This document shows, piece by piece, positions 19,551 to 30,250 of a DNA stretch of 64,000 nt. The position numbers were made by a program, and so were the translations under genes. This DNA comes from Thermodesulfobacteriota bacterium. Lineage in GTDB: Bacteria > Desulfobacterota > Desulfobulbia > Desulfobulbales > SURF-16. The first letter of the stretch is position 1, and every line of letters starts with the position of its first letter. The stretch is taken from positions 20,459-84,458 of the forward strand of contig JBDLJA010000001.1 in the NCBI GenBank assembly GCA_039714595.1. Direction: 5' to 3'. The notes beneath the pieces were generated by a model. It saw nothing but the letters and a program-made list of their open reading frames with translations. It was not told where the DNA came from and did no database searches.

Positions 19551-20858
19551 CTAATAGCGGTAATATTCCGGCTTATAGGGGCCGTCCACTGCTACGCCGA
19601 TGTAATCGGCCTGCTCTTTGGTCAGGGTGGTGAGGTTGGCGCCAATCTTCTGTAGATGGAGGCGGGCCACCTTCTCGTCCAGGTGCTTGGGCAGGAAGTA
19701 CACCTTGTTCTCCAGCTTGTCGCCGTTATGCCACAGCTCGATCTGGGCCATCACCTGGTTGGTAAACGAGTTACTCATGACAAAGCTGGGATGACCGGTG
19801 GCGCAGCCCAGGTTGACCAGGCGGCCCTCGGCCAGAATAATCAGCCGCTTACCGTCCGGGAAGATCACATGGTCCACCTGGGGCTTGATGTTCTCCCAGG
19901 TAAGCTCGCGGACGCTGGCGATGTCGATCTCTGAATCAAAGTGACCGATATTGCAGACAATGGCCTGATCCGGCATGGCGTCCATATGGTCCCTGGTTAT
20001 GACGCGGAGGTTACCGGTACAGGTGACGAACACCTCGCCGCGCGGCGCGGCCTCCTCCATGGTCACCACCCTATAACCCTCCATGGCGGCCTGCAGGGCG
20101 CAGATGGGGTCGATCTCGGTGACCAGCACCGTGGCCCCCATGCCGCGCAGGGCCTGGGCGCAGCCCTTGCCCACATCGCCGTAACCCACCACCACGCAGG
20201 TCTTGCCGGCGATCATCACATCGGTGGCCCGTTTGATCCCGTCAATGAGGGACTCACGGCAGCCGTACAGGTTATCAAACTTTGATTTGGTCACTGAATC
20301 ATTGACGTTAAAGGCGGGGGCCATGAGCTTGTTGTCCCGGGCCATCTCGTTTAAGCGCAAAACGCCGGTGGTGGTCTCCTCGCTGATCCCTTTGATATCC
20401 TTCATCAACTCCGGGTACTTTTCATGCATCACCAGGGTGAGATCGCCGCCATCGTCTAAGATCATGTTGGGTCGCCAGCCGTCCGGGCCAAAGATGGTCT
20501 GCTCGATACACCACCAGAACTCCTCCTCGCTCTCGCCCTTCCAGGCAAAGGTGGGGATACCGGCCGCCACCATGGCAGCAGCGGCGTGGTCCTGGGTGGA
20601 GAAGATGTTGCACGACGACCAGCGCACCTCGGCGCCAAGATCCACCAGGGTCTCCATGAGGACCGCGGTCTGAATGGTCATGTGCAGGCAGCCGGCAATG
20701 CGGGCCCCGGCCAGGGGCTTTTCGGCCCGGGCCTCCTCACGTACCGTCATCAGCCCCGGCATCTCGGTCTCGGCGATGGCCACCTCTTGCCGACCCCACT
20801 GGGCCAGTTCCATATCAGCGACCTTAAAGTCGCCAGATTCCATTACAGGATTAGACAT
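19551..20858 (-). CDS. ahcY: Adenosylhomocysteinase
   Basis: 435-aa ORF. Typical SAHH sequence ([27 protein letters not shown] site, C-terminal YRY). Confidence 0.95.
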   Translation of the reverse strand: MSNPVMESGDFKVADMELAQWGRQEVAIAETEMPGLMTVREEARAEKPLAGARIAGCLHMTIQTAVLMETLVDLGAEVRWSSCNIFSTQDHAAAAMVAAGIPTFAWKGESEEEFWWCIEQTIFGPDGWRPNMILDDGGDLTLVMHEKYPELMKDIKGISEETTTGVLRLNEMARDNKLMAPAFNVNDSVTKSKFDNLYGCRESLIDGIKRATDVMIAGKTCVVVGYGDVGKGCAQALRGMGATVLVTEIDPICALQAAMEGYRVVTMEEAAPRGEVFVTCTGNLRVITRDHMDAMPDQAIVCNIGHFDSEIDIASVRELTWENIKPQVDHVIFPDGKRLIILAEGRLVNLGCATGHPSFVMSNSFTNQVMAQIELWHNGDKLENKVYFLPKHLDEKVARLHLQKIGANLTTLTKEQADYIGVAVDGPYKPEYYRY

Positions 20859-21044
20859 TTTTCACTCCAAATATTTTTTAAATCTTTTATTTCGTTCTTA
20901 AGTAAGCAACCGCAGAGAACCAAGGAGCCAAGGAGCCCTAAAAAAGTTCCGCAGTGGTGCAGATTTGGTCATTTAGGCCAGCGCAGCATACCAAAGGTAT
21001 GTGAGCTGGCAAAAATGGCCAAAGATGCGCTGCTGCTGGACTTT

Positions 21045-22211
21045 TTACTTCAGGCCCGCGGCGGCTCGCAGCTCGTCGGCCTTATCGGTTTTCTCCCAGG
21101 TGAACTCGTCATACTCGCGGCCAAAATGACCGTAGGCCGCGGTCTTCTTATAGATGGGCCGTAAGAGGTCCAGCTGCTGGATGATCGCCTTGGGCCGCAG
21201 GTCAAAATGACTCAAGACCAGCTCCCTGATCTTGTCATCACTCACCTTGCCAGTGCCGAAACTCATGACGTTCACCGATACCGGCTGGGAGATACCGATG
21301 GCATAGGCAATCTGGACCTCCACCTGCTCGGCCAGGCCGGCGGCGACGATATTCTTGGCCACGTAACGGCCCATGTAGGCCGAAGAGCGATCCACCTTGG
21401 ACGGGTCCTTGCCGGAGAAGGCGCCGCCGCCGTGGGAGCCCACCCCGCCGTAGGTGTCGACGATGATCTTACGGCCGGTAACGCCGCAGTCACCCACCGG
21501 GCCACCGATGACAAAACGGCCGGTGGGGTTGATGAAGTATTTGGTATTCTTGTCCAGCATCTCCACCGGCAGGACCGGCTTGATGATCTCCTCCATCACC
21601 CCTTCCTTCAGGTCACCATAGATCACATCAGGCGAGTGCTGGGTGGAGAGGACCACCGCCTCAATGCGGCTGGGCTTGCCATCGACGTATTCAATGGTTA
21701 CCTGGCTCTTGGCGTCAGGCCGCAGCCAGGGCAGGCGCCCCGCCTTGCGCACCTCGGACTGGCGCTTCACCAGCCGATGGGCGTAGGTGATGGGCATGGG
21801 CATAAGGACCCGGGTCTCATTGCAGGCGTAACCGAACATCAAACCCTGGTCACCGGCCCCCTGGTCCAGGTCCACGCCGCTGCCCTCATCCACGCCCTGG
21901 GCGATATCCACCGACTGCTTGTCGATGCTGGTGAGGATGGCGCAGGACTGGGAATCAAACCCCATGTCTGAGGAGTTGTAGCCGATCTCTTTGACCGTAT
22001 CACGGATGATCTGGGGCATATCCACCCAGGCCGAGGTGGTGATCTCACCGGAGATGATGACCATGCCGGTGTTGACCATGGTCTCACACGCCACCCGGGC
22101 CTGCTTATCATGGACCAGGATGGAGTCGAGGATGGCATCGGAGATCTGGTCGGCCACCTTATCGGGGTGGCCTTCGGAGACGGACTCGGAGGTAAACAGA
22201 AAGTTGGACAT
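21045..22211 (-). CDS. metK: S-adenosylmethionine synthetase
   Basis: 388-aa [28 protein letters not shown] and GGGAFSGKD signatures. Confidence 0.97.
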   Translation of the reverse strand: MSNFLFTSESVSEGHPDKVADQISDAILDSILVHDKQARVACETMVNTGMVIISGEITTSAWVDMPQIIRDTVKEIGYNSSDMGFDSQSCAILTSIDKQSVDIAQGVDEGSGVDLDQGAGDQGLMFGYACNETRVLMPMPITYAHRLVKRQSEVRKAGRLPWLRPDAKSQVTIEYVDGKPSRIEAVVLSTQHSPDVIYGDLKEGVMEEIIKPVLPVEMLDKNTKYFINPTGRFVIGGPVGDCGVTGRKIIVDTYGGVGSHGGGAFSGKDPSKVDRSSAYMGRYVAKNIVAAGLAEQVEVQIAYAIGISQPVSVNVMSFGTGKVSDDKIRELVLSHFDLRPKAIIQQLDLLRPIYKKTAAYGHFGREYDEFTWEKTDKADELRAAAGLK

Positions 22212-22340
22212 TGATGTTACCTATTTATTTGTAATTATAAAAAAGAGAAGATCTAAATATTCTTATCTCAAAAAGCAGAGAACTTTTCTTTCTAACGAGG
22301 GTACGGAGAAAATGCAAGGGGCCAGGCGACATTTATCATT

Positions 22341-22578
22341 ATGACTCTTAACAATTCTCAGCTGAGCCATTAACCCGGCAGGAGATGCCCTTTTTCCGCT
22401 TTTGCCTTGAAATTTCTTGATCTCCTAGATTCCCTGCGCCAAACACGTAATCGCGCGACTTCGCTGCTAAAATTAGGTATGTGTTTGGCTACGTTCATCA
22501 AGGAAATAGTACGAAATTTTCTGGACTACGCTCCCAAAAGAGCATCTCCAGCCCCTACTGAGAATTGTTAAGAGTCAT
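22341..22578. mobile_element. MITE-like 238-bp palindromic element with 21-bp perfect terminal inverted repeats
   Basis: ATGACTCTTAACAATTCTCAG at 22341-22361 is the exact reverse complement of 22558-22578. Internal arms are also complementary (GGCAGGAGATGCCCTTTT vs AAAAGAGCATCTCCAGCC; GCCAAACAC vs GTGTTTGGC). Flanking 10-mers ATTTATCATT (22331-22340) and ATTTAGCATT (22579-22588) form a 9/10 direct repeat. Confidence 0.55.
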
Positions 22579-22626
22579 ATTTAGCATTAAACAAAGGCGA
22601 CCCCGCCCCAGGAGGGACGGTAATTG

Positions 22627-23214
22627 CTACTTATAGGCGCGGTGACAGTCACTCTTTAAATCCTTTACCCTGGCCACCCCCTGCCGGGCCCTGGCGAAAT
22701 CACCCCGGCCGGCCGCGGCGAGAAGATCCTCAATCTCCGCCACACATTGCTGCCACAGTCTTGCCCAGCTTTCCGGCGCTTCCGCGCCATAAAGAGCCGC
22801 CGTGGCCAACAGCTCTTCGCTTACCGCCGGGGCGGGAAGCCTACCAGCCGCCACATCGGCCATCACCTGTTTCCAGAGAGCGCTCACCTTCTTCTTCTGG
22901 GCCTTGGCGCCATGGGGCCTGCTCTTACCCCTGTGGCGGTGGTGACCGCCGCCCTTTTTCCCTGCTCCTTTGCCATCCTTTTGCCGCGCCCCCTTGGCCG
23001 GGGGGGGACAATCGCAGTGCGCGCCGGGGAGAGCGGCAACCAGGCTTATATCAAGCTTTACCTGGCCACCGCTGAGCTTCTGCTTCATCTTCCACTTCAG
23101 GGGCTGGCCCACGGCAAGATTCACTCCGCCCACCTCAACCTGGCCATCTGCCAAGAGATCGGCGAACCCCTTTAACTGTTCGGCAATCTCTACCAGAGTA
23201 ATTTTTTCAGCCAT
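22627..23214 (-). CDS. Amphi-Trp-like domain plus XXXCH-domain protein (GAK-system-type accessory protein, orphan here)
   Basis: Start taken at MAEKITLVEIAEQLKGFADLLADG (ATG comp 23212-23214). Has a K-x-K-x-K strand segment, a basic Gly/His/Lys linker, and a C-terminus ending VKDLKSDCHRAYK (CH motif). Family call is from memory of the TIGRFAM descriptions. Confidence 0.5.
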   Translation of the reverse strand: MAEKITLVEIAEQLKGFADLLADGQVEVGGVNLAVGQPLKWKMKQKLSGGQVKLDISLVAALPGAHCDCPPPAKGARQKDGKGAGKKGGGHHRHRGKSRPHGAKAQKKKVSALWKQVMADVAAGRLPAPAVSEELLATAALYGAEAPESWARLWQQCVAEIEDLLAAAGRGDFARARQGVARVKDLKSDCHRAYK

Positions 23215-23549
23215 AATCTTTCCCTTCTTTTTGCGATGACAGGCCACCTGAAAAAGGCTCTCCACCTCATAATTTAAACCAGAAAAACCCAAAAAAATAA
23301 AACCGCTAAATTCACGGCGACAAGTTTCCCACAAAATGACCAGCCACCACCACCTTTTTAATAATAATTACTATAAAGCAGCTGGTCTAAGCTGGCATCA
23401 TATTATTGTTAAGAAGTTTTTGAACCGGGCCCAATATTGGCCAGCCACCCCCATCCATATTGCTTTTTTTGCCATTTCCAGGTAAAGAAGCGTGTTTTTT
23501 GCAAGTTTTTAACAGCACTACTCTTCCCTCCAGCAAGAGAGATAAAATC

Positions 23550-24632
23550 TTGGAGATAATCCGTAAAAAAACCAGGCAGATCAAGGTAGGACCGGTACCA
23601 ATCGGCGGCGATGCCCCCATTGCTGTCCAGTCCATGACCAACACCGACAGCCGGGACGTTGCTGCCACGGTGGCCCAGATCAAGGAGCTGGAAGATGTGG
23701 GCTGCGAGATTATCCGGATCGCTGTCCTGGATCTTGAGGCAGCCGCGGCCATCAGCAAGATCAGAAGCCAGATCGCCATTCCCCTCATCGCCGACATCCA
23801 CTTTGACCATCGCCTGGCCGTGGCCGCCATGGAGCATGGGGCCCAGGGCATCCGGATCAACCCGGGCAACATCGGCGGGCCAGAGAAGCTCTCTAAGGTG
23901 GTGGACGCGGCCAAGGCCCATGGGGTCTCCATCCGGGTGGGGGTGAACTCCGGCTCGGTGGAAAAGGATATCCTGCGTAAATATGGCCACCCCACCCCCC
24001 AAGCCTTGGTTGAAAGCGGTCTGCGCAACGTGGCCCTGCTGGAGGGCCAGGGATTTCACGAGATAAAAATCTCGCTGAAGTCCTCCGACGTCCTCACCAC
24101 CATCGCCGCCTACCGGCAACTCTCCGAGGCCAGCGACTACCCCCTTCACCTGGGGGTTACCGAGGCGGGGGGGCTCATCGGCGGCACGGTAAAATCATCG
24201 GTGGCCCTGGGCATCCTGCTCTCCGAGGGCATTGGCGACACCTTCCGCATCTCCCTGACCCGTGACCCGGTGGAGGAGATCAGGGTCTGTTATGAGCTGT
24301 TGCGTTCTTTAGGCCTACGCCAGCGGGGGCCGGAGCTGATCAGCTGCCCCACCTGCGGCCGCTGCCAGATAAATTTATTTGATCTGGCCGAGAAGGTGGA
24401 GCGTCACCTGCAGACCATGAAAACACCACTGAAGGTGGCGGTGATGGGCTGCGTGGTCAACGGACCGGGCGAGGCCAGGGAGGCGGACATCGGCCTGGCC
24501 GGCGGCAACGGCCTGGGCATTATCTTTAAGCATGGCAAGCTGTTCAAGAAGGTAGCCGAAGAGGAGCTCTTTGCGGTCTTTGTGGCCGAGCTGGATAAGA
24601 TGGCTGAAGAGAAAGGCAGCCGGAAACCCTGA
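23550..24632 (+). CDS. ispG: 4-hydroxy-3-methylbut-2-en-1-yl diphosphate synthase (flavodoxin)
   Basis: RKKTRQIKVGPVPIGGDAPIAVQSMTNT, ADIHFDHRLA and INPGNIG; C-terminal CPTCGRC cluster ligands. The maximal ORF starts at TTG 23460. I prefer TTG 23550, which gives a normal-length N-terminus, but the start is uncertain. Confidence 0.9.
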   Translation: MEIIRKKTRQIKVGPVPIGGDAPIAVQSMTNTDSRDVAATVAQIKELEDVGCEIIRIAVLDLEAAAAISKIRSQIAIPLIADIHFDHRLAVAAMEHGAQGIRINPGNIGGPEKLSKVVDAAKAHGVSIRVGVNSGSVEKDILRKYGHPTPQALVESGLRNVALLEGQGFHEIKISLKSSDVLTTIAAYRQLSEASDYPLHLGVTEAGGLIGGTVKSSVALGILLSEGIGDTFRISLTRDPVEEIRVCYELLRSLGLRQRGPELISCPTCGRCQINLFDLAEKVERHLQTMKTPLKVAVMGCVVNGPGEAREADIGLAGGNGLGIIFKHGKLFKKVAEEELFAVFVAELDKMAEEKGSRKP

Positions 24633-24817
24633 AGCAGATCAATAAACTTTTTTTCACCGCAGATAAGCGCAGACTTCGAAGACGCAAAGTTTAAAAAATA
24701 GAAGATGTTAACTTTGCGCCTTTGCGGTTAGCGGTTTTGTTAATTTTCAAGATAGCCTTAATTAAAAATATCTCACAGAAATCCCCATTCATAATTACCA
24801 ATAGAGACTCACAAAAA

Positions 24818-26554
24818 ATGCGCTACTCCAACCTGCTCATCCCCACCCTGAAGGAAGATCCCCATGAGGCTGAGGTGATCAGCCACAAGCTACTGCTGCG
24901 GGCCGGTTATATCAGGAAACTCACCAGCGGCACGTACAACTATCTGCCCCTGGGGCTAGCCGCCATCCGCAAGGTGGAAAATATCGTCCGGGAGGAGATG
25001 AACCGGGCCGGGGCCCAGGAGATCCTCATGCCCATGGTCCAGCCGGCCGACCTGTGGCAGGAGTCGGGGCGCTGGCAGAAGTATGGGGCGGAACTGCTGC
25101 GCATGCAGGACCGCCACCAGCGCGACTGCTGCTTAGGGCCCACCCATGAAGAGGTGATCACCGATCTGGTCCGGCGTAACATCCAGTCCTACCGGCAGCT
25201 GCCGGTGAACCTCTACCAGATCCAGACCAAGTTCCGCGACGAGATCAGGCCCCGTTTCGGCCTCATGCGGGGCCGGGAGTTCCTGATGAAGGACGCCTAC
25301 TCCTTTTCCGCCGACAATAAGGGGGCCCAGCAGAGCTATAAAGAGATGAGCGCCTGCTACCACCGCATCTTCCAACGCTGCGGCCTGAAATTCCGAGCCG
25401 TTTCGGCCGATTCGGGTGCCATTGGCGGCAGCTTCTCCCACGAGTTCATGGTCCTGGCCGACACTGGCGAGGACACCGTGGTCATCTGTAATAAGTGCGA
25501 CTATGCCGCCAATATGGAGAAGGCAACCTGCCAGCCTGCCAGCCTTGCCCAGGACGAGGCGGCGGAACTGGTCCGGGTTGAGACCCCGGGCAAACGCAAG
25601 GTGGCCGCCGTCTGTGACTTTCTGGCCATCAAGCCTTCCCAGCTGGTCAAGACCCTGGTCTACATGGTGGAGGGTGAACCGGTGGCGGTACTCCTGCGCG
25701 GCGACCACGTGGTGGAGGAGGTGAAGCTTGCCAACCTCCTGGGGGTGAGCGACGAAGAGATCCGCCTGGCCGACGACAAGGAGGTGTATGACGCCACCGG
25801 CACCCCCACCGGCTACCTGGGCCCCATTAACCTAAAGATCAAGATAGTGGCCGACCTGGAGCTTGAACAGCTGCGCAACTTCACGGTGGGGGCCAACGAG
25901 AAAAACTATCACGTCCAGAACTGCAATCTGAACCGTGATTTCTCCGCCACCCTGGTAGGCGACATCCGCCAGGTTACGGCAGAAGACCATTGCCCTGAGT
26001 GCGGCGGCGCACTTAAGCTCACCCGCGGCATTGAGGTGGGCCACATATTCAAGCTGGGCACCACCTACTCCGAGAAGATGAACGCCACCTTCCTGGACAA
26101 TAAAGGCCAGGAAAAACCTTTTATCATGGGCTGTTATGGCATCGGCGTCAGCCGGGTGGTGGCGGCGGCCATTGAACAGAACCATGACAAGGACGGCATG
26201 GTTCTCCCCCTGCCTTTAGCCCCGTTCCAGGTGACCATCTTAAACCTCTCCCCCCAGGATGAGGAGATAACGAAGGGGGCGGAGCAGCTCTACCAGGAGC
26301 TGACCGAGGCGGGCATCGAGGTGCTCCTGGACGATCGCGACGAGCGGCCGGGCACCAAGTTCAAGGACGCCGACCTTCTGGGCATCCCCCTGCGCCTCAC
26401 CGTGGGCAAGACATTTGCCAAGGAGGGGATGATCGAGGTGCGGGAGCGGGCCAGCGGCGCCACCAGCAAGGAGCCCCTCAAGCAGTGCAGCGCCAAGGTG
26501 AGTCAGTTCATCGCCGCGGAATTGGCGCGGCTGGCAGGTGACTCTCCCGCCTGA
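24818..26554 (+). CDS. proS: Proline--tRNA ligase (bacterial type with INS editing domain)
   Basis: Start at MRYSNLLIPTLKEDP (ATG 24818). Class II motifs FRDEIRPRFGLMRGREFLMKD and GCYGIGVSR. Confidence 0.95.
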   Translation: MRYSNLLIPTLKEDPHEAEVISHKLLLRAGYIRKLTSGTYNYLPLGLAAIRKVENIVREEMNRAGAQEILMPMVQPADLWQESGRWQKYGAELLRMQDRHQRDCCLGPTHEEVITDLVRRNIQSYRQLPVNLYQIQTKFRDEIRPRFGLMRGREFLMKDAYSFSADNKGAQQSYKEMSACYHRIFQRCGLKFRAVSADSGAIGGSFSHEFMVLADTGEDTVVICNKCDYAANMEKATCQPASLAQDEAAELVRVETPGKRKVAAVCDFLAIKPSQLVKTLVYMVEGEPVAVLLRGDHVVEEVKLANLLGVSDEEIRLADDKEVYDATGTPTGYLGPINLKIKIVADLELEQLRNFTVGANEKNYHVQNCNLNRDFSATLVGDIRQVTAEDHCPECGGALKLTRGIEVGHIFKLGTTYSEKMNATFLDNKGQEKPFIMGCYGIGVSRVVAAAIEQNHDKDGMVLPLPLAPFQVTILNLSPQDEEITKGAEQLYQELTEAGIEVLLDDRDERPGTKFKDADLLGIPLRLTVGKTFAKEGMIEVRERASGATSKEPLKQCSAKVSQFIAAELARLAGDSPA

Positions 26555-26709
26555 TTCATCTTACCACCTCCCACTTTGCCGGGTTGTCTAACCACAACCC
26601 GGCAAGTCGCGAAACCCAGGCAAAGTTGCTAGAGCCCCTTTGTAAGTTCAACCAATAATATGTTATAATCAGATGTTATTTTCATTTTCACCTGACACAC
26701 TATAACCCC

Positions 26710-28887
26710 ATGACCAACTCCCGAGAACCGAGCATCACCATAGACGACCTGCTCAACCGGACCCAAGGCTACCTGCCAGCGGACCAGGTCCCCCTTCTTG
26801 AGGAGGCGTACGGGGTCGCCAAGGCTGCCCACCTTAACCATCTCCGGCCCAGCGGCGAGCCATACATCAACCACGTCCTCTCGGTGGCCCAGATCCTGGC
26901 CGCCATGCGCCTTGACCGGGACACCCTGATCTCCGGGCTCTTGCACGGCACCCTCAAGTACCCGGACACAGGCATTGACGAAAAATTTCTCACCGACAAA
27001 TTCGGGGCTGACGTGGCCCGCATTGTCCGCGGCACCACCCGCATCGATAAGGTCCGCTTCAACTCCCAGATCGACTACCAGGCGGAGAACATCCGCAAGA
27101 TGCTCCTGGCCATGTCCTCTGATATCCGCGTCCTCTTGGTTAAACTGGCCGACCGCTTAAACGACATGCAGCTCCAGGACTTCCCGGAGGATAAGGCCAA
27201 GGAGTACGCCCGGGAGACCATGGATCTCTACGCCCCCCTGGCCAGCCGCTTAGGCATCGACTGGCTGAAACGGGAACTGGAGGACCGCGCCTTTGGCATC
27301 CTCCACCCAGAGGAGCACCACGACCTGGAAGAGCGGATCAGCTCCTCGCTCCATGACCGGGAGCGCTACGTCAAGGAGGTCAAGAAGCTGCTCTCGGAGA
27401 AGTTGCACGAGTATGGCATCTTTGATTTTTCCATCCTGGGCCGGCCCAAACATCTCTACTCCATCTATAAAAAACTGCTCAAGCAGCAGATCCCGTTGGA
27501 AAAGGTGTATGACAAGGTGGCCTTCCGGATCATCCTGAAGACGGTGCGGGAGTGTTACCAGGCCTTAGGCATGGTCCACGCCATCTGGCCCCCCATCGAG
27601 GGGCGGATCAAGGACTACATCTCCCAGCCCAAGACCAATATGTACCAGTCGCTCCACACCTCGGTGATCGGCCCATCCGGCGAGTTCATGGAGATCCAGA
27701 TCCGCACCGATGAGATGGACAAGATCGCCAAGGAGGGTATTGCCGCCCACTGGGCCTACAAGGAAGGGGCCACCATAACCGAACAGGACGCCTCCTCCTT
27801 CCAGTGGCTCAAACAGCTGGTCAACTGGCTCCAGGAGCTCAAAGACCCCCAGGAGTTTCTCGAGACGGTGAAGGACGAGCTGCACCGCGACGCCAAGACC
27901 TACGTCCTTACCCCCACCGGTGAGGTCAAAGAGCTGCCAGGCGGCGCCACCCCTTTGGACTTTGCCTACTCCATCCATACGGAGGTGGGCAACCACTGCG
28001 TGGGGGCCAAGATCAACGGCACCATCGCCCCCTTGAAGACTCCCCTGCGCAACGGCAACGTGGTGGAGATCATGACCAGCCCCCGCCAGCAACCCAACCA
28101 GGGCTGGCTCAAACTGGCCAAGACCAGCCGGGCCAAGAGCCGCATCCGCCACTGGCTGCGCCAGGACGAGTTGCAAAAATTCAGCAAGCTGGGCGAGGAG
28201 TTATGTGAACGGGAGCTGAAAAAGCAGCATATCAGCCTGAAAAAGCTGATCAAGACCGGGCACCTGAAAACCATCCTCCAGAAACTGCACTGCAACAGCC
28301 TAAGCAACCTGTTTGTCAAGGTGGGCGAGGGCACTATCAGCACCAGCCAGATCAGCGAGATCTTGCTGCCACCGGAGCTGGTAACTGAACCAGAACCAGA
28401 ACTGGCCCCAAGCCCTGAAACAAAGGGCAAACGACCAGAGCAACGGCCCACCAGTGACGAGGTAATAACCATCGATGGCGTGGACGGGGTGCTGATGCGC
28501 ATCAGCCAGTGCTGCCTGCCCATGCCCGGTGACGAGGTTATGGGCTTTATCACCAATGGCCGTGGCATCTCGGTCCACAAACGGCTCTGCCCCAACCTGC
28601 TGGCCACCGACCCGGCCCGCTGGATCAGGGTGAAGTGGAATGAGGTCAAGGTCAACCACCGGGCCCAGATATCGATCATCGCCCATGATCACAAGGGTGT
28701 TTTGGGGGAACTGTGTAACACCATCTCCGAGGCGGACGCCAACATCGCCAATATCGACGCCAACATCAGCCACGACAACCTGGCCAGCCTGACCATTATC
28801 GTTGAGGTATCAGGCCTGGACCATCTCCAGCGCATCCTCCAGCGCCTCCACTCCCTGGACTATGTCCTGGAGGCCAAAAGGGTTTGA
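26710..28887 (+). CDS. rel: Bifunctional (p)ppGpp synthetase/hydrolase (RelA/SpoT homologue)
   Basis: 725-aa ORF. HD domain (HLRPSGEPYINHVLSVA), synthetase domain (YQSLHTSVIGPSGEFMEIQIRT), and TGS and ACT regions. Confidence 0.95.
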   Translation: MTNSREPSITIDDLLNRTQGYLPADQVPLLEEAYGVAKAAHLNHLRPSGEPYINHVLSVAQILAAMRLDRDTLISGLLHGTLKYPDTGIDEKFLTDKFGADVARIVRGTTRIDKVRFNSQIDYQAENIRKMLLAMSSDIRVLLVKLADRLNDMQLQDFPEDKAKEYARETMDLYAPLASRLGIDWLKRELEDRAFGILHPEEHHDLEERISSSLHDRERYVKEVKKLLSEKLHEYGIFDFSILGRPKHLYSIYKKLLKQQIPLEKVYDKVAFRIILKTVRECYQALGMVHAIWPPIEGRIKDYISQPKTNMYQSLHTSVIGPSGEFMEIQIRTDEMDKIAKEGIAAHWAYKEGATITEQDASSFQWLKQLVNWLQELKDPQEFLETVKDELHRDAKTYVLTPTGEVKELPGGATPLDFAYSIHTEVGNHCVGAKINGTIAPLKTPLRNGNVVEIMTSPRQQPNQGWLKLAKTSRAKSRIRHWLRQDELQKFSKLGEELCERELKKQHISLKKLIKTGHLKTILQKLHCNSLSNLFVKVGEGTISTSQISEILLPPELVTEPEPELAPSPETKGKRPEQRPTSDEVITIDGVDGVLMRISQCCLPMPGDEVMGFITNGRGISVHKRLCPNLLATDPARWIRVKWNEVKVNHRAQISIIAHDHKGVLGELCNTISEADANIANIDANISHDNLASLTIIVEVSGLDHLQRILQRLHSLDYVLEAKRV

Positions 28888-29101
28888 CCTTCCCCTGAGG
28901 CCCCTTGGCCAACAGAGGCAAGAGAATGGCCCAGGAGAAAACAGCTCGCGGCGCTACTCTTTTTCTTCACTGAAATTTACGCCACAAAAGAACCACCAGC
29001 AGAAAGCTTGGTGGCTTACCCATTTCGGAACCATAAACGCTCTTCTAGCCGGGCCAGCGAAGATAGACTTGCTGGTGGGGGCTAGAGCGGACAGGCAGCG
29101 G

Positions 29102-30250
29102 TTATTCTGGTTTCGGCGAGATCTCGGCCGGTTGCCGGTCGAAGGAGGCGGGCGAGATATCCGCCCCGAGATTAATGCCAATCTCCACCGCGGTCCCCAC
29201 CCGGTCACCGTCCACCGGCACCATCTTGCGCTTGCGGACCGCCTCGGCCAGACGCACGGCAACCATATCATCACCCTCCAGGGCCACCATATGGTCAAAT
29301 CTCTCGGCCTCGGCCAGACGCACCGCCGTGGCCCCAAAACGCAAGGCCAGCACCCGGTCAAAGGTGGTTGGCGACCCACCCCGCTGGAGATGCCCCAGCA
29401 CTAAAGAGCGGGTATCCTTGCCCGTCCGCTTATTTATCTCCTTGGCCACCCACTCGCCAATGCCGCCGAGAAGCACCTCCCCCCGGCCAGTCTCGGCATT
29501 TTCCTTATGAATTACCCCCTGGTGATCCATGGCCCTGGCCCCCTCGGCCACCACAACAATGGCGTAATTCTTATCATGGAGCTCATTTTCATCGATCTTG
29601 GCGCAGACAAGGTCCATATCAAAGGGGATCTCCGGAATAAGGATCACATCGGCATCACCGGCGATGCCGGAATTCACGGCAATCCAACCAGAATCGCGCC
29701 CCATTACCTCCACCACCATCACCCGGTCATGGGACTTGGCCGTGGAATGGAGGCGATCCAGGGCGTCGGTGGCGGTGGAGACCGCGGTATCAAAGCCGAA
29801 GGTAAGCTGGGTGGACTCCAGGTCATTATCGATGGTCTTGGGCACACCGATGACCGGCATCCCCTTTTCCACGGCAAAACGATGGGCAATCTCCAGGCTG
29901 CCATCGCCCCCCACGGCGATATGGCAGAAAAAACCCATCCGGCGAAAGTTCTTCATAACCCGGTCAGAGACATCCTTGATATCAACCTCACCAGCGAGAT
30001 TATCAATGGGCATGGCAAAGGGATTGCCCTTATTGGTGGAGCCGATGATGGTCCCGCCCAGGGGTGTGATGCCGGCCACTACCTCCGGGGTCAGGCGGAC
30101 CAGCTCATCCAAGTCCAGCAGGCCCAGATAACCGCTGCGGCTGCCGTACACCTCCCAACCGCGGTTATGGCAGGCCTGGACCACGGCAAAGATAACAGCA
30201 TTGAGACCAGGGGCATCACCACCGCCTGTTGAGATAACTATTTTCTTCAT
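29102..30250 (-). CDS. pfk: 6-phosphofructokinase (PfkA superfamily; ATP- or PPi-dependent not resolvable)
   Basis: Start at MKKIVISTGGGDAPGLNAVI (ATG comp 30248-30250, GGAGAA SD). Motifs GGDGS, PKTIDND, MGRDSGW. Confidence 0.9.
   Translation of the reverse strand: MKKIVISTGGGDAPGLNAVIFAVVQACHNRGWEVYGSRSGYLGLLDLDELVRLTPEVVAGITPLGGTIIGSTNKGNPFAMPIDNLAGEVDIKDVSDRVMKNFRRMGFFCHIAVGGDGSLEIAHRFAVEKGMPVIGVPKTIDNDLESTQLTFGFDTAVSTATDALDRLHSTAKSHDRVMVVEVMGRDSGWIAVNSGIAGDADVILIPEIPFDMDLVCAKIDENELHDKNYAIVVVAEGARAMDHQGVIHKENAETGRGEVLLGGIGEWVAKEINKRTGKDTRSLVLGHLQRGGSPTTFDRVLALRFGATAVRLAEAERFDHMVALEGDDMVAVRLAEAVRKRKMVPVDGDRVGTAVEIGINLGADISPASFDRQPAEISPKPE

Noticed and set aside
20859-21044. Possible SAH riboswitch (or other SAM-cycle riboswitch) in the metK-ahcY spacer. 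It holds a good hairpin, CCAGC..CATACC-TTT-GGTATG..GCTGG on the minus strand, and a 9-nt tandem CCAAGGAGC x2 at 20920-20937.
   Set aside because: I could not find the conserved SAH-riboswitch core (GAGGAGCGCUGC ... AACGGCGCUC pairing). The hairpin alone is not diagnostic, and the tandem repeat is too short to mean anything. An Infernal scan with RF01057 would settle it.
24722-24817. N-terminal extensions suggested by the maximal track ORFs: proS from 24722, uvrD-like to 39749, ribE to 54557, the APH-like gene to 19528, the FeS subunit from 31494, the cytochrome from 32414, pfk to 30286, merR from 35013, and the PHP gene to 41043.
   Set aside because: In each case an internal ATG with a Shine-Dalgarno sequence restores the family-typical N-terminus. 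The extension overlaps an upstream gene, a terminator or a promoter region.
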